Below, piece by piece: positions 9,386 to 18,870 of a DNA stretch of 64,000 nucleotides (its first letter is position 1; each line of letters starts with the position of its first letter). Position numbers and translations under genes: made by a program. Source of the DNA: a virus (Duplodnaviria > Heunggongvirae > Uroviricota > Caudoviricetes). The stretch lies in IMG/VR virus record IMGVR_UViG_3300043467_001216; one strand, 5' to 3'. The notes beneath the pieces were generated by a model. It was not told where the DNA came from. It was given only the letters and a program-made list of their open reading frames with translations, and made no database searches.

Positions 9386-10771
9386 ATGAAAATAACATCA
9401 GTTTTAAGGAACATATTATTAGAAGATTCACGATTTGAAAATTTATATACTAAATTTGTTGAACCTGCTCCGTCGAAAGACCCTGCTAAACCAAATAAAC
9501 CTAAACTTAAATTCGATACGTTAAAGCAATTTATATTTGCTGACCCTACGTCAAAGATGCCTGAGGATGTTGATGCTGAAGGTTTATCGTTAGCCGATAT
9601 TAGAAATTTAGGTAATAAGTTTAAAGTAGGTGCTTATACTCAATGGTTGTTGAAAAACTTCTTTAAACCGACTTTCCAAGGAGACCAAGCGAATGTTGAC
9701 CCATCAAGTCCTGAATATAAGGAAATGGTGAAGGAATTCAGACGTTTATTCCTTGAGGATTTGTTTAAGATGAATGATATTATCGGAAAGTTTGAACGTG
9801 TTAAACCATTAATACCGGCAGAACAACGTGATATTAATTCATATACACCGACAACGTTAACAAATTTAATTCTTAATTTACCTGAAGAATTAAAAGCTAA
9901 GATTCAAACTAAGGATGTAAAATCTCAGGCGAGAGAAGAAAGAAAGGCTAACAGATTCGCCCATCCAGGTGCTACAATTATGAAAGAGGGTACTAACTAT
10001 ACTTTAATTAAAATTGAAGGGACTGATACACCTCAGAAAGAGGCGGCACAGTGGTATGGTGGATTCTATGACTATATGAATGGTGAGTCACATTGGTGTA
10101 CTTCACCTCCGGGGTCTAACTACTTTATGACTTACGCATCGGCAGGTCCATTATATGTGATTATGGCTAACGATGATAAAGGACAGGTGGGTGCAAGAAC
10201 AGGACTTCCAACTGAAAGATACCAAATCAACTTCCCTAAAAACCAATTTATGGATAGAATGGACGGTAGATTTGATGTTGTTGAGAAATTCAATGGAGAC
10301 TTCGCTGAGTTTAAAGAAATCCTTAAACCTGAATTTGCAAAAGGATTCGTTATTCCAAATACTGATGAGGTTGAAATTACATATCCTGGAAGTTCTGCGG
10401 GTGTATTCATCGCATTATATGGATTTGATGATTTGATTAAATCATTACCAAAAACTATTAAACAGTTACACGTAAGTAATACTTCAAACACACCTGTTTA
10501 TTTAGATTTAAGTGATGCTATTGGTGAATTCACTGAATTAGATACGATATTATTACATAATGTTGTAAAAGAAATTCCTGAGTCAATCGGTAATCTTAGA
10601 AACTTAGATATATTGTCATTGACTGATAATAAAGAATTGAGAACATTACCAAAATCTATTCTTAATTTAGAAAATCTAACTTTCTTAGTGTTAACAGGTA
10701 GTAATGTTGATTTAGGTGATATGTCAGAGAACTTTTTTGAAACTGCTGACGGAGTTTATGCACTTGCTTAA
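9386..10771 (+). CDS. hypothetical protein with C-terminal leucine-rich repeats
   Basis: LRR-like LxxLxxLxLxxN units in the last ~90 aa. The internal - and + ORFs 10132..10491 and 10173..10436 are judged spurious. Confidence 0.5.
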   Translation: MKITSVLRNILLEDSRFENLYTKFVEPAPSKDPAKPNKPKLKFDTLKQFIFADPTSKMPEDVDAEGLSLADIRNLGNKFKVGAYTQWLLKNFFKPTFQGDQANVDPSSPEYKEMVKEFRRLFLEDLFKMNDIIGKFERVKPLIPAEQRDINSYTPTTLTNLILNLPEELKAKIQTKDVKSQAREERKANRFAHPGATIMKEGTNYTLIKIEGTDTPQKEAAQWYGGFYDYMNGESHWCTSPPGSNYFMTYASAGPLYVIMANDDKGQVGARTGLPTERYQINFPKNQFMDRMDGRFDVVEKFNGDFAEFKEILKPEFAKGFVIPNTDEVEITYPGSSAGVFIALYGFDDLIKSLPKTIKQLHVSNTSNTPVYLDLSDAIGEFTELDTILLHNVVKEIPESIGNLRNLDILSLTDNKELRTLPKSILNLENLTFLVLTGSNVDLGDMSENFFETADGVYALA

Positions 10772-10786
10772 TAAAAAAACATAAAT

Positions 10787-11083
10787 ATGAAAAATTTAGA
10801 AGTTGATTTATACATCACACAATTTAGAGGTTTCTTCGATAAGAACCCAAATGACTTACTCTCTTTGATTGGTGATGTTTTGGTTGAAGATTTTTTTAAA
10901 CGTGTTGAAGAACAATGTTATAAAAATCTTGAGAAAGGTGATGAAGTATCTGTGACTAGACAACAACTAATTGATATTGTTGTCGACCTTAAATCGGAGG
11001 AGTCTGAATTTGAGAAAGACTTTAAGAGTTCAATCACAAAAGTATTCGAACATACTAAATTTGGAGACATCTGTCTTAACTAA
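10787..11083 (+). CDS. hypothetical protein
   Basis: ORF followed by a strong terminator. Confidence 0.45.
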   Translation: MKNLEVDLYITQFRGFFDKNPNDLLSLIGDVLVEDFFKRVEEQCYKNLEKGDEVSVTRQQLIDIVVDLKSEESEFEKDFKSSITKVFEHTKFGDICLN

Positions 11084-11087
11084 TTAA

Positions 11088-11114
11088 AACCCCCAAGACC
11101 TGGGGGTTTTTTAT
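11088..11114 (+). terminator. intrinsic terminator AAACCCCCAAGACCTGGGGGTTTTTTATT
   Basis: GC stem plus a T-run after the stop of the 10787..11083 gene. Confidence 0.8.
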
Positions 11115-11178
11115 TATCTGAAAAAAAAAACAATTATTTTTTGTTGGGTGCTTGTACAATTAGATTTTATACATATCT

Positions 11179-11967
11179 TTGATAAACCAAAACGATAGAG
11201 ATATGAGAAACACAGTTATGACATTAGACCAAGTAAAAGAAGTAGCACCATCAGTATTCGCTACAAGTGCATCACCAAAAGTATCTAACAGATACACATT
11301 CGTTCCAACCGTGGACATCGTAGAGAACTTCCAAAGAGAGGGATGGGAGATTGCAAGTGTTAAACAAACAGGTAAAGGTGTTCACGGATTACACGAAATC
11401 AAATTCCGTAATGGTGAGTTACCAAAAGTTGGTGACACATTGGTTGAGGCTATCGTTAAGAACTCACACAATGGTATGGCAACATTAAATATCTCCGCAG
11501 GACTACACAGATTGGTATGTGCTAACGGATTGACTGTCCCAACTTCATTGTCTGAGTCATTCAAAGTAAGACACACAGGTTTCGAGTTAGACGACGTTAA
11601 ACGTTTGACTGAGGACTTCTCAAAAAGATTACCATTAATCGAAGGGTCAGTGAACCGAATGATGGAGAGAGAGTTATCAACTGACGAGAAGTTGGACTTC
11701 GTTAGAAAATCCGCTGAGCTTCGTTGGAAAACAGGTTCAATTCCTGTGACATTGGACTACGAGGAAATCTTGAATCCATTGAGAGATGCTGACAACGGGG
11801 ATTCACTTTGGCAAGTATTCAACGTGGTTCAAGAGAAGTGGGTTAGAGGAGGTATCCAATACAAATCTAACGGTGGTCGTAAAACACAACTTAGAACGTT
11901 GAACGACATCTTGAACACCAACCGAATCAACACAAAACTTTGGGAGTTGGCTGAGGAAATGTTCTAA
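11179..11967 (+). CDS. DUF932-like phage/plasmid protein
   Basis: N-terminal VAPSVFATSASPKVSNRYTFVPTVDIVE resembles the DUF932/TIGR03299 signature. Confidence 0.4.
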   Translation: MINQNDRDMRNTVMTLDQVKEVAPSVFATSASPKVSNRYTFVPTVDIVENFQREGWEIASVKQTGKGVHGLHEIKFRNGELPKVGDTLVEAIVKNSHNGMATLNISAGLHRLVCANGLTVPTSLSESFKVRHTGFELDDVKRLTEDFSKRLPLIEGSVNRMMERELSTDEKLDFVRKSAELRWKTGSIPVTLDYEEILNPLRDADNGDSLWQVFNVVQEKWVRGGIQYKSNGGRKTQLRTLNDILNTNRINTKLWELAEEMF

Positions 11968-11968
11968 G

Positions 11969-11992
11969 ACAATGGGGAGTAAAATCCCCTTT
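11969..11992 (+). terminator. intrinsic terminator GGGGAGTAAAATCCCCTTTTTTT
   Basis: Stem-loop plus a T-run after the 11179..11967 gene. Confidence 0.65.
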
Positions 11993-12020
11993 TTTTATTA
12001 TCAGGTATTGAATTATTTAT

Positions 12021-12028
12021 TATATTTG
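12021..12028 (+). promoter_or_regulatory. TATATTTG motif (Bacteroidetes sigma-A -7-like) upstream of 12033 gene
   Basis: TAnnTTTG consensus. It sits only 5 nt before the annotated ATG, so either the true start is further downstream or the transcript is leaderless. Confidence 0.3.
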
Positions 12029-12032
12029 TGGT

Positions 12033-13772
12033 ATGGAAGTATTGTTAGACATTAAATCAGTTAAAAGTTCTGTAAATATATACAAGAATTATTGCCCATT
12101 AGAAATTGAAGATATTTTCGGGAAAGGGTCTTTTGATGCTAAAACGTTATATTCAGATAGTAAAAGACATACACATTACGAATTTGATAAATCTGAGGAA
12201 ATAAGTGGTTCTGACTTGTTTGACAAATATAAAAACGACCAATTATGTTCACCTTCAATAAATAGAAAAAGTGTTGAGGTATTAAAGAGTAATGAAAAGG
12301 TGACGATTAAAATTTATCGTTACAATTTACATAGAGAAATAGGGAAACCGTATTTCAGAAAATCAACCTCGTATGTTTCATTAACATATAATATTAAACG
12401 TAATCAGTTTTATTTCTTTCTTATTAACAATTATCACAAGAAAAGAAATTTTAGTAAAACACTTAGATGTCTTAGTCCGTACTTGATATTGAATCATTTC
12501 CGACACCACTTAGTTGATACTTTATCTAATCGTGATGATGTTGATAAAGTCTTTAATGTTTTTTTTAAAGGTATTTACGAAGATATGGTTAATTACGTTG
12601 ATTTACTTGAATACGTTGTTAAAAAACAAGGGTTTAAATTACCGAACAATTTTGATGTATTCGCTGATGCTATCGGTGGTAATGGTTTCTATGGTAGAAC
12701 ACCAACTAAATTAGATGGTAAGAGAAATGGGTTTAAATATATTGATACCATTATGGGTATTAACATTTTGAAGGGGGATAAACTTAGACGAGTATTACAT
12801 AAGGTATCAGGATTTAATTTGGGTTTATATTATGAAATGGCTAGTTACTTTAAGGATGATTTTATTTTATCAAGACCTGATGAGGACCTAATTAAAATCT
12901 TTAATTCAAATATTAGTTATTCATCATTAAATGGGAGTGTCTTGATGACTAGGCAAGAAAAAATTAATATGTATAATATTATTATGGAGTTGATTAATAC
13001 TAATAGTAGTGATTTGTATTCAATTTCTGACCATTTAAATATTAAAAATAAATTGTCTAAATACGAAACTGTGAAGTGGAAATCTAAAACATATGATGAG
13101 TTTGTTGATGAGCACGACGAATGGTCACGTAATTTAGATTCATACACTAAAGGTGTAACACAAAGAAGATATAATAAAGAGTTCCTTAATCACATTGAAA
13201 AACCGTTTGAAATGGATGGTATTAAATACTACCCTGTTGTTTTAAACAGTAGTGATGATTATAATAGAGAATCAACTGTTCAAACAAACTGTGTTAGAAC
13301 TTATATCCATTATGCTCATTCATTGATTGTGTCATTACGTAGAGATAGTAAAGACAGTTATGAAAGATTAACTATTGAGGTGAATTTAATACCTGATGAG
13401 GATGTTAGATTATTAAGAAAACAAACTAAGGCAAAGAGAAATTCAACACCTGACGATAGTTGGAGTTTAGCGACTCGTGAACTTGATGACAGAATTGAGT
13501 TTATTAATAAGAATGGGTTATTTACTTTACCTGAAATGGACGTAATTTATACACGAGGTTTACCTAGACACGCAAAGGTTGATAATAGACTGATTCACAA
13601 TGATGGTTACAGTTATTGGACTGTATGTTGGGATGATGAAGAAGTTGACTCTATTACTGGTCTGTCATATTTCCCTGTGATTGATGATGAGGTAACCCAA
13701 GATGAAATTGATTATTTATTAACTAATAACACTCCGAATTATGTTACGGAGGATGATGATTTACCATTATGA
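12033..13772 (+). CDS. hypothetical protein (579 aa)
   Basis: Long ORF. Confidence 0.5.
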   Translation: MEVLLDIKSVKSSVNIYKNYCPLEIEDIFGKGSFDAKTLYSDSKRHTHYEFDKSEEISGSDLFDKYKNDQLCSPSINRKSVEVLKSNEKVTIKIYRYNLHREIGKPYFRKSTSYVSLTYNIKRNQFYFFLINNYHKKRNFSKTLRCLSPYLILNHFRHHLVDTLSNRDDVDKVFNVFFKGIYEDMVNYVDLLEYVVKKQGFKLPNNFDVFADAIGGNGFYGRTPTKLDGKRNGFKYIDTIMGINILKGDKLRRVLHKVSGFNLGLYYEMASYFKDDFILSRPDEDLIKIFNSNISYSSLNGSVLMTRQEKINMYNIIMELINTNSSDLYSISDHLNIKNKLSKYETVKWKSKTYDEFVDEHDEWSRNLDSYTKGVTQRRYNKEFLNHIEKPFEMDGIKYYPVVLNSSDDYNRESTVQTNCVRTYIHYAHSLIVSLRRDSKDSYERLTIEVNLIPDEDVRLLRKQTKAKRNSTPDDSWSLATRELDDRIEFINKNGLFTLPEMDVIYTRGLPRHAKVDNRLIHNDGYSYWTVCWDDEEVDSITGLSYFPVIDDEVTQDEIDYLLTNNTPNYVTEDDDLPL

Positions 13773-14119
13773 TACCAGAACATTGTATAAAATATTTTGA
13801 AGCGAAATATGAAATTTATCCCTCCAATTGTCAGGTGATAATGTCTGAGGAATTATTTAAAAAATTAGTTAGTCGTAGTGAATTACTTTGGTGTAGACAC
13901 TCAATAACAGGTGGTGTGGATAAAATGGAATCGTCATTACATTCTTTTCACGAAACAGGTATTTATATTTACTTAGATGAAATAAGGGCGAACCAAATCG
14001 GTGCGTCGACTAAAACAATAAATGAGTATAAAGTTTACTTTATGTATGAAATTAGTAAAAAACATATCGTTGACTTTACAATAAACCAAATAATAAAACA
14101 AAACAAAAATGGAAATTAG
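13769..14119 (+). CDS. hypothetical protein
   Basis: ORF with a 4-nt overlap. Confidence 0.45.
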   Translation: MIPEHCIKYFEAKYEIYPSNCQVIMSEELFKKLVSRSELLWCRHSITGGVDKMESSLHSFHETGIYIYLDEIRANQIGASTKTINEYKVYFMYEISKKHIVDFTINQIIKQNKNGN

Positions 14120-14432
14120 TAGTTCTGAATTACAAGAAAAAATTAACAAAGGTGAAAAATTAGTAGTTGACTTTTGGGCTGAGTGGTGTGGACCGTGTAG
14201 AATGCAAAAACCAATCTTCGAACAAGTTAGTCAGACAGCTATCGAAAACAAGTCAGAGGTGTCGTATTACACATTCAACGTCGAATCTGATAAAATATTC
14301 GCAGCGTCATTAGGTATTAGAAGTATTCCAACAATCAAATCATTTTCAAATGGTGGTGAGGTTACTACTAAAGTTGGTCTTATGGATGAATCACAATTAA
14401 AATCATTAGAGTCAATATTAATTAATGGGTAA
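14109..14432 (+). CDS. trxA: thioredoxin
   Basis: WCGPC active site. ~107 aa, thioredoxin fold length. Confidence 0.8.
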   Translation: MEISSSELQEKINKGEKLVVDFWAEWCGPCRMQKPIFEQVSQTAIENKSEVSYYTFNVESDKIFAASLGIRSIPTIKSFSNGGEVTTKVGLMDESQLKSLESILING

Positions 14433-14712
14433 GTTATTAATTTTATATACGATGGACGGTTGTCCTTTCTGTCAAATGATGAAAGAGAAGTTAATTGAAT
14501 CTAACATCATTTATTATGAACGTGACATTGACGAGCATAAAGATGAGTATGACTTGTTTGTGGAAATTACGGAAAACGATTATGTTCCTGCGTTTATGAT
14601 AATAGAGGGTGATGATGAAAAACAACCAATTACATCATTGTACGCACCTGATAGGGATTTCAACGACTTAGATGAAGGTATTGAAATAATTAAAAACAAA
14701 ATGATTCTATAA
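14425..14712 (+). CDS. glutaredoxin/NrdH-like redoxin
   Basis: CPFC active-site motif close to the N-terminus. ~95 aa. Confidence 0.55.
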   Translation: MGKLLILYTMDGCPFCQMMKEKLIESNIIYYERDIDEHKDEYDLFVEITENDYVPAFMIIEGDDEKQPITSLYAPDRDFNDLDEGIEIIKNKMIL

Positions 14713-14714
14713 AA

Positions 14715-14745
14715 AACCCCCAATTAAATGGGGGTTTTGTTTTAA
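14715..14745. terminator. bidirectional intrinsic terminator AAAAAACCCCCAATTAAATGGGGGTTTTGTTTT between convergent genes
   Basis: The stem is flanked by an A-run and a T-run. Confidence 0.75.
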
Positions 14746-15548
14746 AAGATAATACAGTTATTTGTTTGGTCTTTAAATAACCAAGGTTTAGGACCGAAGG
14801 GTTCGTCAATATCTTTGGTGAACTCATATGTTGATAATGTATGTTTGAATGATTCTAAATCAAAATTAAATACATCTAGCACCATTGATTTAATTACTTC
14901 ATCATTATACATTGAATCCGTTTTAATCTCAATCATAAAATCTTCATCTTCATCAATCCTTGTTGAGATTTTAAATGTTAATTTTTTTGAACTAATACTT
15001 GTCATAATGTTATGGGCGATATATTCAGAATAATAATAATGTATTCGACCCATATTTAGACTGTAACCGTGAGGGAATTCAGATGTGATTGTTATTGGGG
15101 GGTAAATGAAATTAGGTAATACGTCAATATCGGTACTTAAAAAATCAATTTCATATACTAAATCATTTGTGATTGAAAGGGAATTATCTAAACTTGCGTT
15201 TTGAATTATGAAGTCGGAGTATATTGGTCTTGATGTGTTATAGAATGTGAACCAATAGTCTTCTTGTTTTTTAGGACTAACGTCGTATTCGACTAAATCA
15301 ACAAGGTTAAGGTCTTTATATCCCAACACCTCTAAAACGTCTTTATTTTCTTTTAAAAACGATTCTTTAATGTGTGTAAGGTCTAATGGTTTCTCATATG
15401 ACGTGAATCCGTTAATTATAACAAATTTACCACAATCTGAGGTTTCAATTACAGAGTCATAATCACCTAACTTATTAATTTCATTTAGGATATGGTCCGC
15501 AAATTTGTTAACTATACCTCTATTTCTTTTAGGGTTAATGTATTTCAT
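14742..15548 (-). CDS. hypothetical protein
   Basis: 268-aa ORF on the - strand. The internal + ORF 14815..15033 is judged spurious. Confidence 0.5.
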   Translation of the reverse strand: MKYINPKRNRGIVNKFADHILNEINKLGDYDSVIETSDCGKFVIINGFTSYEKPLDLTHIKESFLKENKDVLEVLGYKDLNLVDLVEYDVSPKKQEDYWFTFYNTSRPIYSDFIIQNASLDNSLSITNDLVYEIDFLSTDIDVLPNFIYPPITITSEFPHGYSLNMGRIHYYYSEYIAHNIMTSISSKKLTFKISTRIDEDEDFMIEIKTDSMYNDEVIKSMVLDVFNFDLESFKHTLSTYEFTKDIDEPFGPKPWLFKDQTNNCIIF

Positions 15549-15607
15549 ATTAAATATTTTTCTTAATTAATATTCAATTAAATTAACACTCTAAATAGTT
15601 AAACAAA

Positions 15608-15634
15608 AAATGGGAGTCACTGACCCCCATTTTA
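15608..15634 (-). terminator. hairpin terminator for the small - strand Cys-rich ORF
   Basis: AATGGGAGTCACTGACCCCCATTTT, A/T-flanked. Confidence 0.5.
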
Positions 15635-15654
15635 ATCGAATATCTTAACACCTT

Positions 15655-15804
15655 ACCTTTTCGTGTAGTATTTCTCAACTACTTTCTTAATTGACTCTTG
15701 AATCGTTTGGTTTTGAGGTTGAGCACCTCCTTGTTCCGGTTGTGGTTGAGCTCCTCCTTGTTGTGGTGCTTGATTTCCTTTATTTTTGCATCCGCATCCC
15801 ATTG
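15655..15804 (-). CDS. small Cys-rich protein MGCGCKNKGNQAPQQGGAQPQ... (49 aa, not in the ORF track)
   Basis: ATG on the - strand at 15804. QGGAQPQ repeats. A terminator hairpin lies immediately downstream on the - strand (15608-15634). Confidence 0.3.
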
Positions 15805-15888
15805 TATTTTTGTTTTAAAGTTTATTCATCAATAAATATCTTACAAACAACTTAATTGTAAATAATAGATAATTATTAATATAATTAA

Positions 15889-17400
15889 TTGATATTTATT
15901 GATATGAAAAATTTTAAACTAATAGAGTCGGACCTTAGAAAACTAGTCAGATTAATCATAGAAGAAACTGAGAATGAATCCGAAAGTGAAATTGTTAAGA
16001 TATTACCTACTGAGTTTTTAAAATTATTTAAATACACCAATAGTGTTGATGCGATTTTAAATCAAAAAAAATATAAAGATAAAAAGGTTGTGATTGCTGG
16101 TGACCTTAACTTTCCAAGTAATGATAAAGTTAAAACATTGGGTAAATTACACGGTGTTGAGGGTCGTTTGGATGTTAGTAGATTATCCAATCTACAGTCA
16201 TTAGGTGAATTAGATTTTGTTGACGGAGTTTTAGATATTTCAAGTACTAAAGTTAGTACGGTTGAAGGAGTTAGAGTTAGTGGTTCAATTAGAGATTGGG
16301 GAACACCTATTGAAACCGCAAGGTTGAGAAAAGAATTTCAAAGTAAATTAGATGAAGCTAATGAAAGACGTGAAAGTGGTGAGTGGGATGATGTTGAAAA
16401 TGATGATGAGTCAGCAAAAGCACACGCGTTACTAGAATACATTGATAATAATGAGCGTATTGATATATGGGATGAGGAGTCCAGAGAGGAATTTGATGGG
16501 TTGAAACGTAGATTAGAATTACTTAACGACCAATATAATGAGACTGATGATGATGATAGGATTGTTGAATTAACTAGTGAAATTGATGAAATTGAAGCTA
16601 GAATTGATGAGATGACAGGTCTTTATTATGACGTATACGATGCGTTACCAACAGGTTATAGTCATTATGGTGAAATGACTGTGTTTAATTTTAGAGACCA
16701 AGGTAATTTAGGTAATTTAAAAGAATATGCTGTAGGAACAAACGATGAAGCTGATAAGGCGTTAAAAGAATATTGGGAGAATTTATTGGATGACATTGGG
16801 GTTGATGGTATTCAACAATACATAATTGAAAATAACATTGATGGTGATAGGGTTGCTGAAGAGTTTGAAGAATATTATGAAGGTGATATTCGAGATAATT
16901 TAGATGTGTATTTTAATCTTGATGATTTGGAATTAAGTCCGGAACAAGAAAGTAGAAAAAGAGATATGGAATCATATATTGAAGAATTGGAATCATATAT
17001 TGAGGAAATGGAAGAAAAACAATCATCACTTGAAGATGAGATTGAAGACCCTGATGAATATTCTCAAGAATATGATAGGATTCAAGAATTAATTGATGAG
17101 GCTGAAAAGAAAAAAGAAGATGCTCAAGAGGAGATTGATGAAATGAGGGGTGAAGTTACTGATGAAATGATTGAATCTGAAGTTCAAGATAAATTATATG
17201 ATATTAGACAAGACCCATATGATTTCTTAAAAAATCAAATGGGTTATGACAGTAGAAGTATTCGTGATTATATTGATATGGATGGTGTTGTGGAAGATTT
17301 ATCTCGTGATAGTGATTATGGTGATTTAAATGGTTATGATGGGAGTTATGACGAAATTAAAATTGGAGGTGATTATTACGTTGTGATGAGAATTAATTAA
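15889..17400 (+). CDS. acidic coiled-coil protein
   Basis: D/E-rich with heptad-like repeats (SYIEELESYIEEME). Confidence 0.5.
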   Translation: MIFIDMKNFKLIESDLRKLVRLIIEETENESESEIVKILPTEFLKLFKYTNSVDAILNQKKYKDKKVVIAGDLNFPSNDKVKTLGKLHGVEGRLDVSRLSNLQSLGELDFVDGVLDISSTKVSTVEGVRVSGSIRDWGTPIETARLRKEFQSKLDEANERRESGEWDDVENDDESAKAHALLEYIDNNERIDIWDEESREEFDGLKRRLELLNDQYNETDDDDRIVELTSEIDEIEARIDEMTGLYYDVYDALPTGYSHYGEMTVFNFRDQGNLGNLKEYAVGTNDEADKALKEYWENLLDDIGVDGIQQYIIENNIDGDRVAEEFEEYYEGDIRDNLDVYFNLDDLELSPEQESRKRDMESYIEELESYIEEMEEKQSSLEDEIEDPDEYSQEYDRIQELIDEAEKKKEDAQEEIDEMRGEVTDEMIESEVQDKLYDIRQDPYDFLKNQMGYDSRSIRDYIDMDGVVEDLSRDSDYGDLNGYDGSYDEIKIGGDYYVVMRIN

Positions 17401-17443
17401 TTGATTAAATAACAATCAATCGTTATAATTAAATAAAAAAAAT

Positions 17444-18208
17444 ATGACTAAGAGTAGGAAAAATGATTTCATAATGGACACCGATTGGTTGTTTCAAGGA
17501 ATCATTGATGCGGAGCAAAAACAATATATCCTGTTAGATTATTTTCAAAAGTTAAATAAGGATTTTGATGAAATGAAAATATATCCAATGTTTATTGAGT
17601 TGTCATTACATTTGGGTAATATGCAAACATTGTTAACCCAAGACAAAATATTATATACCGAAAAGAAATTCACTACACCTGACGATGAATTATTGTTATC
17701 GGATTTAAAATTGAAAGAGATACCGGTATTAACTGATGAAGAAGTTGATGAGTATAAAAAGATTTTAAAACATTTCCAACCACAAATTCACGACTACTTC
17801 AACTTTGCAAAATCATTATGGACAATAGTATATGATTCTGTAACACTTAAAGTTGTTAAAAACGTTGAGAATATTGAAAAGAAGATTGGTTTTTTCTATA
17901 TTAAATACAATGAGAAAAACTACGTATGGAGATATGACAAAAAACGTGGATATAAATCACAACCTGAAGGTAGAACTGAATTAAAATTAATTTATAAAAC
18001 ATTTGATGATAATTTTGATGTGAATGAGATAATCTCGACACATTCAAAAACATATGATAAGAATAAAGAATCGGAAAGTCCGGTCTTTGAAGTTGTTTGT
18101 GATAATATATTTCCACTAAAAGAAACTGTTATTCCAATTGTGAAAAGAAAAATTTTAGCGTATATTAGCCAAACTAAAAAAGAGAAGAAACTAATAATGA
18201 TTGACTAA
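17444..18208 (+). CDS. hypothetical protein
   Basis: ORF. Confidence 0.5.
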   Translation: MTKSRKNDFIMDTDWLFQGIIDAEQKQYILLDYFQKLNKDFDEMKIYPMFIELSLHLGNMQTLLTQDKILYTEKKFTTPDDELLLSDLKLKEIPVLTDEEVDEYKKILKHFQPQIHDYFNFAKSLWTIVYDSVTLKVVKNVENIEKKIGFFYIKYNEKNYVWRYDKKRGYKSQPEGRTELKLIYKTFDDNFDVNEIISTHSKTYDKNKESESPVFEVVCDNIFPLKETVIPIVKRKILAYISQTKKEKKLIMID

Positions 18209-18405
18209 TGAGCTTTCATAAAAGATATATTAATATCGACACAACAAAAGAATATTTAAACCGAGGGGATTTAGACGAACTATATAACGCTGACGCATAC
18301 TTCTTCAATGATGATTTGAGTTACGATGTATATAGGATGTATTTAGAGGAGTTGACTGATAAAGAAATCAAATTAAAACTAAATAACTATGGACAAAACA
18401 ATTAA
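18208..18405 (+). CDS. hypothetical protein
   Basis: ORF abutting the upstream stop. Confidence 0.4.
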   Translation: MSFHKRYINIDTTKEYLNRGDLDELYNADAYFFNDDLSYDVYRMYLEELTDKEIKLKLNNYGQNN

Positions 18406-18577
18406 ATTATTACAGTCGAAACTTAGAAGACCAATTCACATTACCTACATTTCAGAACACATCTTGAAGAAAGATATTACTGAAACAAGAAAATTAGTAA
18501 CCAAACTTATGGAAGATGGTTATATGTTTGAAAGTGAAACATCTAAAGATTATTTTTATATTAAACCAAATGAGTAA
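18389..18577 (+). CDS. hypothetical protein
   Basis: ORF. Confidence 0.35.
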   Translation: MDKTIKLLQSKLRRPIHITYISEHILKKDITETRKLVTKLMEDGYMFESETSKDYFYIKPNE

Positions 18578-18800
18578 AGAACACGTAAATCACCCAACAC
18601 ATTACGGGGGAGAAGGTAACCCTTACGAAGCAATCAAAGTGATTGATGCTTGGGAATTGGGTTTTAGTTTAGGTAATACTGTGAAGTATATCTCAAGAGC
18701 TGGTAAGAAAGAGTCTGACAAAGAATTACAAGACCTTAAAAAAGCAATGTGGTATCTTCAACACCACATCGAAGAGTTGGAGAAAAAACAATCTAATTAA
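18570..18800 (+). CDS. DUF3310-family phage protein
   Basis: NHPTHYGG...EAIKVIDAW...NTVKYISRAGKK...DLKKAMWYL matches the DUF3310 signature. Start moved to the internal ATG at 18570. Confidence 0.55.
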   Translation: MSKEHVNHPTHYGGEGNPYEAIKVIDAWELGFSLGNTVKYISRAGKKESDKELQDLKKAMWYLQHHIEELEKKQSN

Positions 18801-18870
18801 TTATACAGAATAAAATAGTCTGGACTTATATTTATTAATAAAAATAAATTAAAGTTCAGATTATTTTTAG

